This document shows, in pieces, positions 13,887 to 23,373 of a stretch of 44,871 bases of DNA (its first letter is position 1; each line of letters opens with the position of its first letter). Under the pieces are notes generated by a model. That model worked only from the letters and a program-made list of their open reading frames with translations, was not told the DNA's origin and searched no databases. The DNA comes from a virus: positions 1 to 44,871 of IMG/VR virus record IMGVR_UViG_3300045988_128081; one strand, given 5' to 3'. The position numbers were made by a program, and so were the translations under genes.

Positions 13887-14662
13887 GTTCCAGCCCCCAT
13901 CTTTTCCTCAATTTGAGACACCCGTTTTTCCAGTTCCGCCAGTCTCTGTTCTACCGTTGCGCCCTTTGCAGACCGGTGCAGATATTGGCTCATCATGTAC
14001 CCTTCTTCGCCGTCCACGCGTATCCGGCTCCATTCCAGGCCCCATTCCAGCACTTCCACCTCCATGTCCACCGGCACGCTTAACACTGGCGTATAACCCT
14101 TCCCAGGCCCGCTGCGCATCCTCACGGTGCTGCCGCTGTCCGCATGCACAATCGCCGTTTCCATATCCGTTTCCTCCTCCTTTTCAGGCATTTTCAAGCC
14201 CTCCCACGGGCTGGCCCAGTGTGTCCAGGCATACCCGGCCAATGGCTGCCGAATGACCCCGTAGGCCGTCCCCCGGGCATGCACGCAGGTGCCATCGCCC
14301 AGTGCAATGCCAGTGTGCTGCATCACGCTTCCCTTTTGCCGGTACAAGAAAAGCACCTCGCCTTCCGGCAGGGCGCCAATCTCTCCCTTGCGTTTCCATG
14401 GGCCTTTGCGCCACTGGCTGGTGGCCCCGCTGGGCAGCGTTACCCCTGCGGCCCTGGCGGCGTAGCGGGTCAGCTGGGCGCAATCCCACACGGGCACGCC
14501 GTCCCATTTGCGCCCCACGTTCAGAATATATTTCGCCTGATCCGGGTATTGGTTGGCCTGCTGGCGGCGGAATTTCTCCGTGCACACCTGCCCCTTAGCC
14601 CCGTAGATGTACCCCTGACCCACTTTGCTCAGGGCAAAGGCGGCGGCTTCTTTGTCGCTCAT
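13883..14662 (-). CDS. Endolysin: NlpC/P60-type cysteine peptidase plus SH3-like wall-binding domain (259 aa)
   Basis: GVPVWDCAQLTRYA (catalytic Cys context) and VMQHTGIAL (His). C-terminus IVHADSGSTVRMRSGPGKGY...VLEWGLEWSRIRVDGEEGYM is SH3-like. ATG 14662 preferred over the track's TTG 14665 (GGGAGGG RBS). Confidence 0.85.
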   Translation of the reverse strand: MSDKEAAAFALSKVGQGYIYGAKGQVCTEKFRRQQANQYPDQAKYILNVGRKWDGVPVWDCAQLTRYAARAAGVTLPSGATSQWRKGPWKRKGEIGALPEGEVLFLYRQKGSVMQHTGIALGDGTCVHARGTAYGVIRQPLAGYAWTHWASPWEGLKMPEKEEETDMETAIVHADSGSTVRMRSGPGKGYTPVLSVPVDMEVEVLEWGLEWSRIRVDGEEGYMMSQYLHRSAKGATVEQRLAELEKRVSQIEEKMGAGT

Positions 14663-14748
14663 CAATCATCCCTCCCGGCCCGGCATAAGGCTAGAACAAG
14701 TACGCCCAGCAGCGCGCCGGTCACGGCTCCCAGCAGAAAAGCCATCAT
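14662..14748 (-). CDS. 28-aa hydrophobic peptide (MMAFLLGAVTGALLGVLVLALCRAGRDD)
   Basis: Below the ORF-track cutoff. ATG overlaps the TGA of the upstream gene and its own TGA overlaps the endolysin ATG (translational coupling on both sides). Confidence 0.45.
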   Translation of the reverse strand: MMAFLLGAVTGALLGVLVLALCRAGRDD

Positions 14749-15152
14749 GCTTCCGTCACCTCATCCCAGCCATACGCGCCCGGCTCCCACACGTTGTTGT
14801 CTACGGTAGATACCCAGGTCTTGCCGTTATGGGTCACCTTATCCCCCTTCTGATAGGGATTCGTGCTGTCCGGCTGCTCCCAGGGCAGGATTTCGCCGCT
14901 GGGGTCAGTCAGGACTTTCGCCCATAAGCTGGGCGCGTCTGTCGGCTTCCAGCTTGCCTGGGCCGTGTGCGCTGTCAGGCACTTGTACAGCACGCCGCCA
15001 TAGCGTACCCGGTCGCCTGCGGCGTAGGCAGCCGCCGCGTCCCATGCGGGGAAAAGCGTTGTTACCCGCACGGCCTGCTCGTCTGTCAGCATAGCGCCCG
15101 CAGCGTCCATCGCGGCGCGAATCTTTTTCGCCGCTTCCAAATAGCTGCCCAT
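14745..15152 (-). CDS. Protein with two CBM5/12-like carbohydrate-binding repeats (135 aa)
   Basis: YAAGDRVRYGGVLYKCLTAHTAQASWKPTDAPSLWAKV and YQKGDKVTHNGKTWVSTVDNNVWEPGAYGW match the chitin-binding-type Y..GD.V.Y.G..Y......W.P pattern. Confidence 0.7.
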   Translation of the reverse strand: MGSYLEAAKKIRAAMDAAGAMLTDEQAVRVTTLFPAWDAAAAYAAGDRVRYGGVLYKCLTAHTAQASWKPTDAPSLWAKVLTDPSGEILPWEQPDSTNPYQKGDKVTHNGKTWVSTVDNNVWEPGAYGWDEVTEA

Positions 15153-15394
15153 TACTCCGCCACCTCCACGTCATTAGCGCCCAGCAGGGTTAACGCATCC
15201 ACCATATCCTGAATTTCTTCATTCCGGGTCAGAATCCGCTTCCCGTCCCGGTAAAAATGCTCCCCATCCCAGGTATCGCCAATGGCTACCGGCAGGTCGC
15301 CCATCGCCACGGCATTGGGAAAATCGTCCGCATTGGTGTACGATAGCCAGATGATATTGGTCACAACGCCATCTTCAATCAGCGCGTAGTTCAT
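15152..15394 (-). CDS. Hypothetical tail-region protein (80 aa)
   Basis: ORF track; packed between fibre genes. Confidence 0.6.
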   Translation of the reverse strand: MNYALIEDGVVTNIIWLSYTNADDFPNAVAMGDLPVAIGDTWDGEHFYRDGKRILTRNEEIQDMVDALTLLGANDVEVAE

Positions 15395-15408
15395 GCTGTT
15401 TCCCTCCT

Positions 15409-16461
15409 TTACCGGTGATTGCGGATGACGACAATGCCGCTGCCACCTGCGCCTCCGCCGCTTTCAGCAACAGCTCCGCCACCACCGCCTCCTGTGTTTG
15501 TGCCACCGGCCGTTCCCGGGCCACCATTGCCACCACCGCCAGCTCCACCAGCGATAACCGTCGTGCCTCCGCCACGGTTCGCACCGCTTCCTCCACCGGA
15601 ATACAACGTGCCGGATGCTTCACCAAATTCTCGCGTTGTGTTACCTTGGCCATAACCTGAACCAGATGCAACTACCGCAGCATTACCGCCATCACTGCCG
15701 CCTTTACATGAATTTCCTGATACGTCATAATATCCAAGCTGCCCTGCACCGCTTCCGCCGTTTCCGCAATTAGTGGTATTCACCTTCCTTGATTGTCCAC
15801 CTGCTGCTGTTATAGCGCCAAAGCTGCTTGTTCCTCCAGTAGCGCCTGAGTTATTACTCGGATTAATTCCACCAGCTCCAATAATAATGGATATGGCTGT
15901 GTTAAGCGAAACGGAAAATCCGGTAGACGTTTGAGTATAACCGCCAGCGCCACCGCCGCCCCCGTGATCGCTCATTGCATATGTTCCGGCCCCGCCTCCA
16001 CCCACGCAAAACACATCAATGGTGCTTGCGTTGCCAAGGGACGTGAATCTAAGCGTTCCGCTGGTCAGGAACTTGATACGCCAATTATAGTTTCCATCAT
16101 CAATCAGCTGCGCGTTTCCCGTGTAGCTGTACACCGGTTTCCAGTCCCGTACCGTCAGGGTCGCCACACGGCTGGTCACCGTGCCCGCCTTGTTGGTTAC
16201 CTCGCAGTAAACGGTCGTTGTGGTAGCCGCTGTCAGTCCCGTCAGGGTCAGGGTAGCACCCGTGGTCCCGCTCACCAGATTGCCGCCCTTGTACCATTTA
16301 TATGTGTATTCCGCCGGGCTGCCCGGTTCCGTGATCTGTACGCTGAAGGTAGCCGACCCGTTAGCGGACGCAACGAGGGTCACATCCTGCGGGTAGTTTT
16401 CGCTTAGCACCGGCAGCTTATAGGCCTGTCCGCCCCGGCGCACAATCAAGCATTCGCCCAT
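15409..16461 (-). CDS. Glycine-rich fibre/receptor-binding-type protein with Ig-like N-terminal repeat (350 aa)
   Basis: ORF track. YTYKWYKGG...TLTLTGL...VYCEVTN (Ig-like). C-terminal half dominated by GGxGG runs. Confidence 0.7.
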   Translation of the reverse strand: MGECLIVRRGGQAYKLPVLSENYPQDVTLVASANGSATFSVQITEPGSPAEYTYKWYKGGNLVSGTTGATLTLTGLTAATTTTVYCEVTNKAGTVTSRVATLTVRDWKPVYSYTGNAQLIDDGNYNWRIKFLTSGTLRFTSLGNASTIDVFCVGGGGAGTYAMSDHGGGGGAGGYTQTSTGFSVSLNTAISIIIGAGGINPSNNSGATGGTSSFGAITAAGGQSRKVNTTNCGNGGSGAGQLGYYDVSGNSCKGGSDGGNAAVVASGSGYGQGNTTREFGEASGTLYSGGGSGANRGGGTTVIAGGAGGGGNGGPGTAGGTNTGGGGGGAVAESGGGAGGSGIVVIRNHR

Positions 16462-17076
16462 TTACCGCACCACCTTTAAAATCACCGGAACGTCTACCTC
16501 CGGTTTTTCCTCATAGCAATAGGCCGTAACGGTTCCTTCGCCGGTATCCACCCGGCCGACAAAGGTCCATGCGTCTGTCAGGGCCTTGCCCACCTGGGCT
16601 GTGGACGCTCCGCTCAGGCTTACATCAATCAGAGGATCATCCGCAGCCAGAATACCCGTTACGCTTACCGTCTGGCTGTAGGGGGCGGACGCGCTCCACC
16701 CGGCGGATGGAAAAACCGCCGTATAGCTGGCGGTGCTGGCCTTTCTTCCAATAGCCTGCAAGGCTTCCTGCTCGCTGATTTTGGTTTCCAGTCCATCCGC
16801 CAGGCTTTGCAGCTTCTGCGCCACGCTGGGGGCGTTTTCCTCCCCATTCACAGGAATGCTGGTTGCGTATAGTTTAATGTCGCCGATGTCATCCCGGCTT
16901 TGACCGTTTACAGTGGCCGACGTGGCGTTCAGGCTGGCCAGCCAATCCGCCTCCGTGCCCTCAAAGCCATGCTGCACGGCAATTTCATAGGCGCTGTAGC
17001 CACGAAACAGCATAAGTTCCGAGGACATAACCGGGTCCGTCGCAAGAGCGGCCTGAAAATTTGCGTCAACCGGCAT
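16462..17076 (-). CDS. Tail fibre-like protein (204 aa)
   Basis: GYSAYEIAVQHGFEGTEADWLASL is a motif common in phage fibre N-terminal regions. Confidence 0.65.
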   Translation of the reverse strand: MPVDANFQAALATDPVMSSELMLFRGYSAYEIAVQHGFEGTEADWLASLNATSATVNGQSRDDIGDIKLYATSIPVNGEENAPSVAQKLQSLADGLETKISEQEALQAIGRKASTASYTAVFPSAGWSASAPYSQTVSVTGILAADDPLIDVSLSGASTAQVGKALTDAWTFVGRVDTGEGTVTAYCYEEKPEVDVPVILKVVR

Positions 17077-17404
17077 CGCCTACCACCTCCAGCAGCTGAA
17101 AGGTCGCGTATTCCATAGGCGTGCGCACCTCCATGCCATCGTCTCCGGGAATCAGCACCCGCATGTCCCAGAAATAGGTTCCTGCCGCAAGCTCTGCCGT
17201 ATCGGCCGGAACCAGATGCACAACCGCCGCGTTCTCTGTCACGTTTACCGTTTTTTCAATCACCGCCGTTTCATCCCTGACCCGCTTTTTCAGGGTGAAA
17301 AGCGCCTGTGTGCCAACCGGCAGGGTCCGCCCCGTAAACGTCATGGAAAACGAAAAGCTGTCGCCCCGGGTCAGCTCAATGTTTTTTCCGTCAATGCTAA
17401 ACAA
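17066..17404 (-). CDS. Hypothetical tail-region protein (112 aa)
   Basis: ORF track; beta-rich sequence; overlaps the downstream start by 11 nt. Confidence 0.6.
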   Translation of the reverse strand: MFSIDGKNIELTRGDSFSFSMTFTGRTLPVGTQALFTLKKRVRDETAVIEKTVNVTENAAVVHLVPADTAELAAGTYFWDMRVLIPGDDGMEVRTPMEYATFQLLEVVGDAG

Positions 17405-17425
17405 AAACCGGTTCCTCCTTTCCTC

Positions 17426-18112
17426 TCACGCCGTCCGTTTCCACATGTACACCGTCAGATAGGGCGGCATGTTGTTGTGGGCCGCGCCGCCGCCAGTATT
17501 ATTTGCCGTAAGATTGTAATCGTAACTCGCGGCTCGCTTGGTTAAAGCCCAATTAGCGTCTCCAGTCATGGAGCCTAACTTGATGCTATTTTTGTCTATT
17601 GGATCTGATAAACTATGATTGTGGCTTGGCATTTCCTCGACCGTCAGCGTGTGCGCCGCCTCGCCTCCCGTTGCCCCTGCCGCGTATGTGTCCCCAGCCG
17701 CCAGCAGGAAGCGATCTTTCAGCCGTTCCCACGTCCCGCCAAACAGGGTATTGGGTTCTGCGGCGTTCACGCTCATATACAGGCTGCCGATGGGGTATAC
17801 CGCGTCAAGCAGCTCCGCTTTGGCCAGTTTGGTGGCGTTCAGGGTGGCCACCGCCGTGTTCAGCTGCTCAAAAGCGCCCGCCAGTGTGGTCACGTTTCCC
17901 TGCACCGCGCCCATGTCGCTTTCCAGCCCGTTCACCGTGCCTCGAAAAACCTTGCTCAGGTCGTTCATCCCCAAACGGCCATAGCGCTTGTAAATGTCCT
18001 CCAAAATCCCCTGCAAGGTGCGCACAAAGCGCTTTTCTTCCTCGTTCCAGCCCTTGGGGGCGTACAGGGGCTGGTGCTGCTGTATGGTGCTGTATTTCGG
18101 CTTGTTCGCCAT
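17426..18112 (-). CDS. Tail-collar-domain fibre protein (228 aa)
   Basis: GGEAAHTLTVEEMPSHNH and GGGAAHNNMPPYLTVYMWKRTA match the phage tail collar domain signature. Confidence 0.8.
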   Translation of the reverse strand: MANKPKYSTIQQHQPLYAPKGWNEEEKRFVRTLQGILEDIYKRYGRLGMNDLSKVFRGTVNGLESDMGAVQGNVTTLAGAFEQLNTAVATLNATKLAKAELLDAVYPIGSLYMSVNAAEPNTLFGGTWERLKDRFLLAAGDTYAAGATGGEAAHTLTVEEMPSHNHSLSDPIDKNSIKLGSMTGDANWALTKRAASYDYNLTANNTGGGAAHNNMPPYLTVYMWKRTA

Positions 18113-18121
18113 GCTCTCACC

Positions 18122-19612
18122 TCAATCGCCGTCGGTTTCGGCCACAATTTGCAGCCCGCCCAGCAGCCGCCAGGGGGTGGTGGACGCGCTTTCCAGAATG
18201 AAGCGGAATCTACGCCCATTTCCACCAAAGGTCAGCCGCCGCTGCTTGGCCTGCCGCTCTCCCGTTGGCGGGGAAAAGCTCACCGCCTTGGTTTTCAGCT
18301 TCTTTTCCGTCTGAATCCCCACGGTCAAGGTCATTTCCGCCTCGGCTTCCACCGTCAGGTACACCGTAAAGCCGCCCTTGAGCAGGTTTTTGTAGTTCAG
18401 GTCAAACCACGGGCTTACCCACCGCATGGGCTGGGCAAATCCGCCCTCCCGGCAGTCCTCCCGCCAACGCCACACCTTCCCCGGGGTGGTGGCGCTGGTA
18501 AAATACAGCGCTTCTTCCGTGGGCAAAAAGCTCTCCACGCTCACATCGTCCCGCAGCAGCCAGGTCTGTTCCTCCGTGTTGTACATCAGCACGGCGTTGT
18601 TGGCGGTGGCTTCGTCCAATGGCAGGGCCAGATAATAGGTGTTGCGCCACATGCAGGCCACGGCGTTGTCCAGGGCGCTTTTGTTCATACGGGCAAATAC
18701 GCCATGGGCAAACTCCTGATAGTACGGCGCCACATTCTCACCGTTGTACTGCAAAAGGCCTTCCAGCCCAAGCATCAGGATTCGGGTTCCGTCCACCGCT
18801 ACCGTCTTGGCATAAGACGTGCCGCCACCGTACTGCTCGCTGAATACATACTCGCCCGGGTTGGTGCCCAAAATGCGCCAAACCCTGGTTCTTTTCAGGG
18901 CCACCAGCTGATCGCCAAAGGGGGTCAGGGCTGTAAAGCTGTCCCCGTCCCAGCTGGGCTGTTTCAGGTCGCCAGCTCCATCCTCTGGAATCTCGTCATT
19001 CTGCGTCCAGTCAAAGGGGTCGAAGGGCGCGGAATATACCAGCATATCCGGGTCGTTGTCAATGGCCCCGCCCCAGATTCGTTCCGCGTGCCGGGCAATG
19101 ACCCCGAACTTCTTCGGGGTGTTCACCACGCTTACCGTCATGTTGTCGCCCCGCACGCAAATCATGCCGTCCCTGGCGTTGCTCAGCAGCAGCACGTCCA
19201 CCGGCGCGTCGCTGCCCTCCGGGTTCATTTCATAGGCCACATAGCTCCAGGTGTTGCATTGGTAGGCTGTTCCGTCCCAGGCAGCGGGAAGGGCCATTTG
19301 CGTCCATGCGGTACCGCCCGGCAGCATCCAGTACAGCTGTCCGCCGCTGGCGGCAATCAGGACGTCATGGCCGGTTTCCTCCGTATGCCACCGCCTGTAT
19401 AGTCTGGCAAAGGTTTCAATGGGCGATGGCAGCGAGGGTAGATACATTTCACACGCGGCAACCGGCCTCATGTACCCGTCATGGGTCAGCACGTTTTGCG
19501 CCTCTACCGCGTATCGGGGGTCGCTGGCATAGTGGTCTCCCGCCTGGTATAAACCCTTCCAGTCAGGCACGCGCATGGTAGCGTCATAAGCGTTCATTGT
19601 AATATAGGCCAT
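18122..19612 (-). CDS. Large virion structural protein next to the portal (putative tail/adaptor-nozzle protein, 496 aa)
   Basis: ORF track. Position between portal and fibre genes. Beta-rich, Trp/Gly-rich repeats. No specific family recognised. Confidence 0.5.
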   Translation of the reverse strand: MAYITMNAYDATMRVPDWKGLYQAGDHYASDPRYAVEAQNVLTHDGYMRPVAACEMYLPSLPSPIETFARLYRRWHTEETGHDVLIAASGGQLYWMLPGGTAWTQMALPAAWDGTAYQCNTWSYVAYEMNPEGSDAPVDVLLLSNARDGMICVRGDNMTVSVVNTPKKFGVIARHAERIWGGAIDNDPDMLVYSAPFDPFDWTQNDEIPEDGAGDLKQPSWDGDSFTALTPFGDQLVALKRTRVWRILGTNPGEYVFSEQYGGGTSYAKTVAVDGTRILMLGLEGLLQYNGENVAPYYQEFAHGVFARMNKSALDNAVACMWRNTYYLALPLDEATANNAVLMYNTEEQTWLLRDDVSVESFLPTEEALYFTSATTPGKVWRWREDCREGGFAQPMRWVSPWFDLNYKNLLKGGFTVYLTVEAEAEMTLTVGIQTEKKLKTKAVSFSPPTGERQAKQRRLTFGGNGRRFRFILESASTTPWRLLGGLQIVAETDGD

Positions 19613-21384
19613 TAGACGGCACCTCCGGGCACATCCGGCAATACCTCATCGGTAGATTGCTCGCTGGGGTACATTCCACTGGCCCCGCCCCGCATCTGCT
19701 CCCCGTACTGGGCGTTCAGCTGTTCCAACCCGGCCACGCTCTGCTGCAATTCCGCGTTTTGCTGTGTCAACGCCTCATTTTGCTGGGCCAGTTGTTGCAG
19801 CTGCTGGGTCATGGCGTCGCTCTGACGCAATACAGGCAGAATCCTGTCCTTGCCGTCCACCTGCAGCAGCTCAAACAGCACGGACAAGGGGAATATCTGC
19901 CCGGCCTGGGCGCTCATGCTGTAGGCCTGCATAAATAATTCGTTCTGAGCCTGTTGACGCAGCGGGTTTCTACGCTGCACCTGTACCTGCACGGTATAGG
20001 GCGGGGGAGGAAACGGGCCCTTCTGTTTTTTGCCAAACAGGTGGTCGGGGCTTGCGTTCACTTCCCGGTCAGCGCCTTCTTTGCGTCCGGTCACAAACAA
20101 AACCCGGTCTTTGTCGTAAAACTGGCTAATCAGCCACATCACCTGTTCCACAATCTCCCGGAATCCGCTGTTCAGGGCGTTGGTGCGCATGCGGGTCATT
20201 TTTCCACCCGCTTCCTGCAACGCGCTGATGGCGCTGGCAGCCGTTACGCCGCCTGCCGTTTCACCTCGGGTAAACTGGTTCTGTCCGCTGTCCTGCTTAA
20301 TATCGTTTTGCAATTGCAGCATCTGCGCCGTTACCATGCTGGTAAAGGGCGTGTTCTGTAGCCATTGCAAAGCGCTTGCGTCAATGCGGTCGCCCTCGAT
20401 AATGTCTGTTTCCCAGTTTACCAGGGCTTCCTTGTCCAGCCCGGCGGCCCGGTCCACCAGCAGGCGGCCCTTGCTGGACATGCGCAGGTTCATGTCAATA
20501 TAGCTGGCATATCGGTTGATATAGCGCATCATGGGAACCAGCTCTTGTACCATCCCGTCACCCACAGGAAGGCCCTCAATGGGCGTAAAAGCGTCCACTA
20601 CGAAGGGATATAGGCCGTGGCTATATACGCTCTCCGCCTTTTCCAGCAGCACACCGCCAGCCAGGTAAGCCACGTTGATGGTGTACCGGCGCTTCTTGGC
20701 GTCGTATAGCCTGTACCAGTATTCCACCAGCATGGCCCGGTCCTCATCGGCGGCGCTGGGTCCGTTTTGGGAATCCGCCAGGCCAAGCCCGCTGTAGACG
20801 CCTTCATCGCTGCCCATTTCGGGGCGTTTTTCCGGGTAATGCTGCTCGTACCAGCTCATGGGATGCCAGCTGATCTTGAAAATGGCTCGGGCGTCCTGAA
20901 TGGTTTCAGCCTTGGGGTCCCACAAAAACGCCTCCACCGGCCAGCGAATCACCGCCACATTTCCCCGGCCATGGTCCATATCCCGGTCCCAGGCAATCTG
21001 CGTCACCGCCGTCCCCGTGCAGAAAAAATCCTCCACCCGGCGGCGGTGCACCGCCTCATAATTGTTTTCATTCAGGATAAAGCGCACAACGTCCGTCAGG
21101 TCGTCGGCAACATCCGTCAGGTCCTTGGTCTCGGGAACCATCAGGGCCTCGGGCATGTTGTCCATCTGGTCGGCAATGCAGTTGTTAAAGGTGGATTTCA
21201 GGGTTTGCAGCTGGATCGTCGGCTTGTCCAGGTGCTTGCGGTCAGCGTCCTGCTGGGGGTCCTGCAGCAGAATAATCTTGCGGCTTTCCCGGGCCCGCTC
21301 GTGCATTTCCTTGCACCCGTCCCACCAGATTTGCAACCGGCCGTATGCCTGCTGAATCAGCTCTTGTTCGTCCATCTTCCTCAC
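19612..21384 (-). CDS. Portal protein (590 aa) with C-terminal coiled-coil extension
   Basis: Size and position fit a portal. GETAGGVTAASAISALQEAGGK resembles portal tunnel-loop regions. C-terminal QQLQQLAQQNEALTQQNAELQQ coiled coil. Confidence 0.75.
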   Translation of the reverse strand: MRKMDEQELIQQAYGRLQIWWDGCKEMHERARESRKIILLQDPQQDADRKHLDKPTIQLQTLKSTFNNCIADQMDNMPEALMVPETKDLTDVADDLTDVVRFILNENNYEAVHRRRVEDFFCTGTAVTQIAWDRDMDHGRGNVAVIRWPVEAFLWDPKAETIQDARAIFKISWHPMSWYEQHYPEKRPEMGSDEGVYSGLGLADSQNGPSAADEDRAMLVEYWYRLYDAKKRRYTINVAYLAGGVLLEKAESVYSHGLYPFVVDAFTPIEGLPVGDGMVQELVPMMRYINRYASYIDMNLRMSSKGRLLVDRAAGLDKEALVNWETDIIEGDRIDASALQWLQNTPFTSMVTAQMLQLQNDIKQDSGQNQFTRGETAGGVTAASAISALQEAGGKMTRMRTNALNSGFREIVEQVMWLISQFYDKDRVLFVTGRKEGADREVNASPDHLFGKKQKGPFPPPPYTVQVQVQRRNPLRQQAQNELFMQAYSMSAQAGQIFPLSVLFELLQVDGKDRILPVLRQSDAMTQQLQQLAQQNEALTQQNAELQQSVAGLEQLNAQYGEQMRGGASGMYPSEQSTDEVLPDVPGGAV

Positions 21385-21791
21385 CCCGGTATATTCATAA
21401 ATTTTTTGCCGTAATGGGTCACACTGGATTCATCCAGCCCTTTTTCACTGTCCGTCATGCCCCGCAGCCTGCTTTCCATCTGCTCAAAGGCATAACGGAA
21501 TTGCATGCCCCGGTTCTGCTTCTGCACATTGCCGTTGCGGTACACCAGCCAGGTAGCCCAGTCCGCAATGGCATGGTGGCACCAATCCGGCAGTTCCGGG
21601 CTGCTTCGGTCGTTTCGCAGCAGCGTATAGGTTTCGCTGTCTTCGCTGGCGTGCTGCCCGCAAAAGGCGTATACCAGTTTGTCGTACCCCTCGTTCAGGT
21701 AATGGGTCAGGTACGGCAGAAAGTCGCCCAGATCATCCGCGTCATTGTTTGTTTGAAACATGACGGTGTTTTTCAGCTCGGCCAGGTTCAT
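21381..21791 (-). CDS. Head-tail connector/adaptor-like protein (136 aa)
   Basis: ATGA overlap with the portal gene. N-terminus MNLAELKNTVMFQTNNDADD resembles gp6-type connector openings. The call rests mainly on context. Confidence 0.45.
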   Translation of the reverse strand: MNLAELKNTVMFQTNNDADDLGDFLPYLTHYLNEGYDKLVYAFCGQHASEDSETYTLLRNDRSSPELPDWCHHAIADWATWLVYRNGNVQKQNRGMQFRYAFEQMESRLRGMTDSEKGLDESSVTHYGKKFMNIPG

Positions 21792-21811
21792 TTATGCCGC
21801 ACCTCCCGTTA

Positions 21812-22051
21812 TTACAGCTGGGGATATTTGTTGCGCAGCTGCATAAATACGGGCACCTTCACGTCCACATATTCGCCGCGCTTAATGGCCGTGGTCTGCC
21901 CGTTGATGGTCACATACTCCGTCTGATCAATTTCCGCTTCGGAAGTCTGGTCCTCCATCAGGGGAAGAAAAACACGCACCGTCGGTTCCTCATGGTTCAC
22001 CTGCTCCACCGGGGTTTCCACCGTAATGCCGTCCGTCTTTTTTACCGCCAT
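21812..22051 (-). CDS. Small capsid-region protein (79 aa)
   Basis: Start moved to MAVKKTDG (ATG 22051) because TGGAGG lies 7 nt upstream. Confidence 0.55.
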   Translation of the reverse strand: MAVKKTDGITVETPVEQVNHEEPTVRVFLPLMEDQTSEAEIDQTEYVTINGQTTAIKRGEYVDVKVPVFMQLRNKYPQL

Positions 22052-22074
22052 AGTAAAACCTCCAAATTCCACAA

Positions 22075-22111
22075 AAGGGCCTGCACAGCCCTAAAAACCA
22101 TGCAGGCCCTT
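22075..22111 (-). terminator. Hairpin attenuator/terminator directly after the major capsid gene
   Basis: 11-bp perfect stem AAGGGCCTGCA/TGCAGGCCCTT followed on the minus strand by TTGTGG (weak U tract). Confidence 0.5.
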
Positions 22112-22134
22112 GTTTTGTTATTGGCAGCAGCTCC

Positions 22135-23373
22135 TTACGCCGTTGCGCCGTGCTCAATGCGCACCATGAAGCTGTCCTGAAGAATCACGCAGCAGAAGCC
22201 CTTCACCTTCCAGGCGATGGTGCCGCGCTGCTCCAGGGGGTCATCGGCGCCAGCGCTGCCAGGAGGATTGATGATGATCTTCACGTTCTTGCCGGTGCCG
22301 CCCAGTTCCACGTTGCCAAAGGCGTTCTGACCATACACCAGGGTACCGTATACGTTTACGCCGCTGGCGCCGCCGCCAGTGGGCACAATCTTGGCGCTGT
22401 TGGTGGTGGTCCATTCATCAGTGGTGGCGCTGCCAGGCATCCAGCGGAAGATAATCTTCTTGTTCGCGGCGTCCACGCGCTCCACACACATGCTGGTCAC
22501 GGTCTTGGCAGTAGACTTGGTGTACTCCACATCCACCATCTTGCCGGTCAGTTCGCGGGCTTCATCCTCGGAAATCGCCTCGCTCACGGTCACAGTGCGG
22601 TTGGCAGCGTTTACAGTGGCAATGGTCAGGCTGGTCTTGGTGCCGTACAGATAGGTAGCGGCCTTGAACACCTTGGCGTTGGTGCTTTCAAAGAATTTCA
22701 CCTTGTACAGGCAGCCCAGCTCGTACCGCTCAATCTTGCTCTTGTCCTGATACTTCGCCACGTCAATCCATTCGGAAGAATTAGCGGTCAGGTCGAACAC
22801 CGCGTCCGGATGGATAATGGCGTGGTAAAATCCGTCGGCAAAGGGCTTGCAGTTCGCCCGCTTCAGGGTCCGCACGGCCTTCTTAATGTCGGCGGCGGTC
22901 AGTTTGTCGGTAGCGGCCAGCGCGCCGCGGCTGGTGGCGCTGCCCGCGTACTGCACATTCATACCGGCGCACATGGCGTCACGGCAAATGGTGTCCAGAC
23001 TAAGCGCTGCCTGGTCGCTCAGCAGGGTCGCGGTCTCCCGGTGCAGGTTGTCCAGATGATACAGGTCCAGCTCGTCGGTAATTTCCACATGGCGGCCATA
23101 GGGCTTCACCATAGCGGTAAACGCGGTCTGGCGGATGGTCTGGCCGGTGGGGGTCACGCCTTCACTCAGGGGCGCGGTCACCGGGTCAAAGGGAATCATC
23201 CGGCGAAAGTTCACATGCTTGCCGTTGTTCTCCGGCAGGGGACGGCGCTGAGCGTCCCGGGCATGCACCATTTCGGGCTTGGCGTTTTCCAGCAGTTTTT
23301 TCTCATAGTAATCCACAATACCAGGCGCGACGCCTGCGGAAGTGGATTTGTTCAGGTTGTCAAACACAGCCAT
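22135..23373 (-). CDS. Major capsid protein (412 aa), HK97-fold type
   Basis: Size and position immediately after the scaffold gene. Followed by an attenuator hairpin. Sequence recalls the N4 gp56-like capsid family, by recollection only. Confidence 0.8.
   Translation of the reverse strand: MAVFDNLNKSTSAGVAPGIVDYYEKKLLENAKPEMVHARDAQRRPLPENNGKHVNFRRMIPFDPVTAPLSEGVTPTGQTIRQTAFTAMVKPYGRHVEITDELDLYHLDNLHRETATLLSDQAALSLDTICRDAMCAGMNVQYAGSATSRGALAATDKLTAADIKKAVRTLKRANCKPFADGFYHAIIHPDAVFDLTANSSEWIDVAKYQDKSKIERYELGCLYKVKFFESTNAKVFKAATYLYGTKTSLTIATVNAANRTVTVSEAISEDEARELTGKMVDVEYTKSTAKTVTSMCVERVDAANKKIIFRWMPGSATTDEWTTTNSAKIVPTGGGASGVNVYGTLVYGQNAFGNVELGGTGKNVKIIINPPGSAGADDPLEQRGTIAWKVKGFCCVILQDSFMVRIEHGATA

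Noticed and set aside
15409-16461. Diversity-generating retroelement or phase-variable repeats in the Gly-rich fibre gene; also alternative-frame ORFs 15375..15671 and 15419..15655.
   Set aside because: There is no reverse transcriptase anywhere in the window and no template/variable repeat pair. The alternative frames are by-products of GGN/GCC-rich repeats.
17615-19402. Very long + strand ORFs (595 aa here; also 22150..23427 at 425 aa, 6605..7939 at 444 aa, 39163..40344 at 393 aa, 8175..9071, 12173..13066 and many others) lying opposite the minus-strand genes.
   Set aside because: They are Arg/Gly/Pro/His/Leu-rich, lack RBSs and recognisable motifs, and exactly shadow well-supported minus-strand genes. 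These are typical antisense open frames of high-GC DNA.
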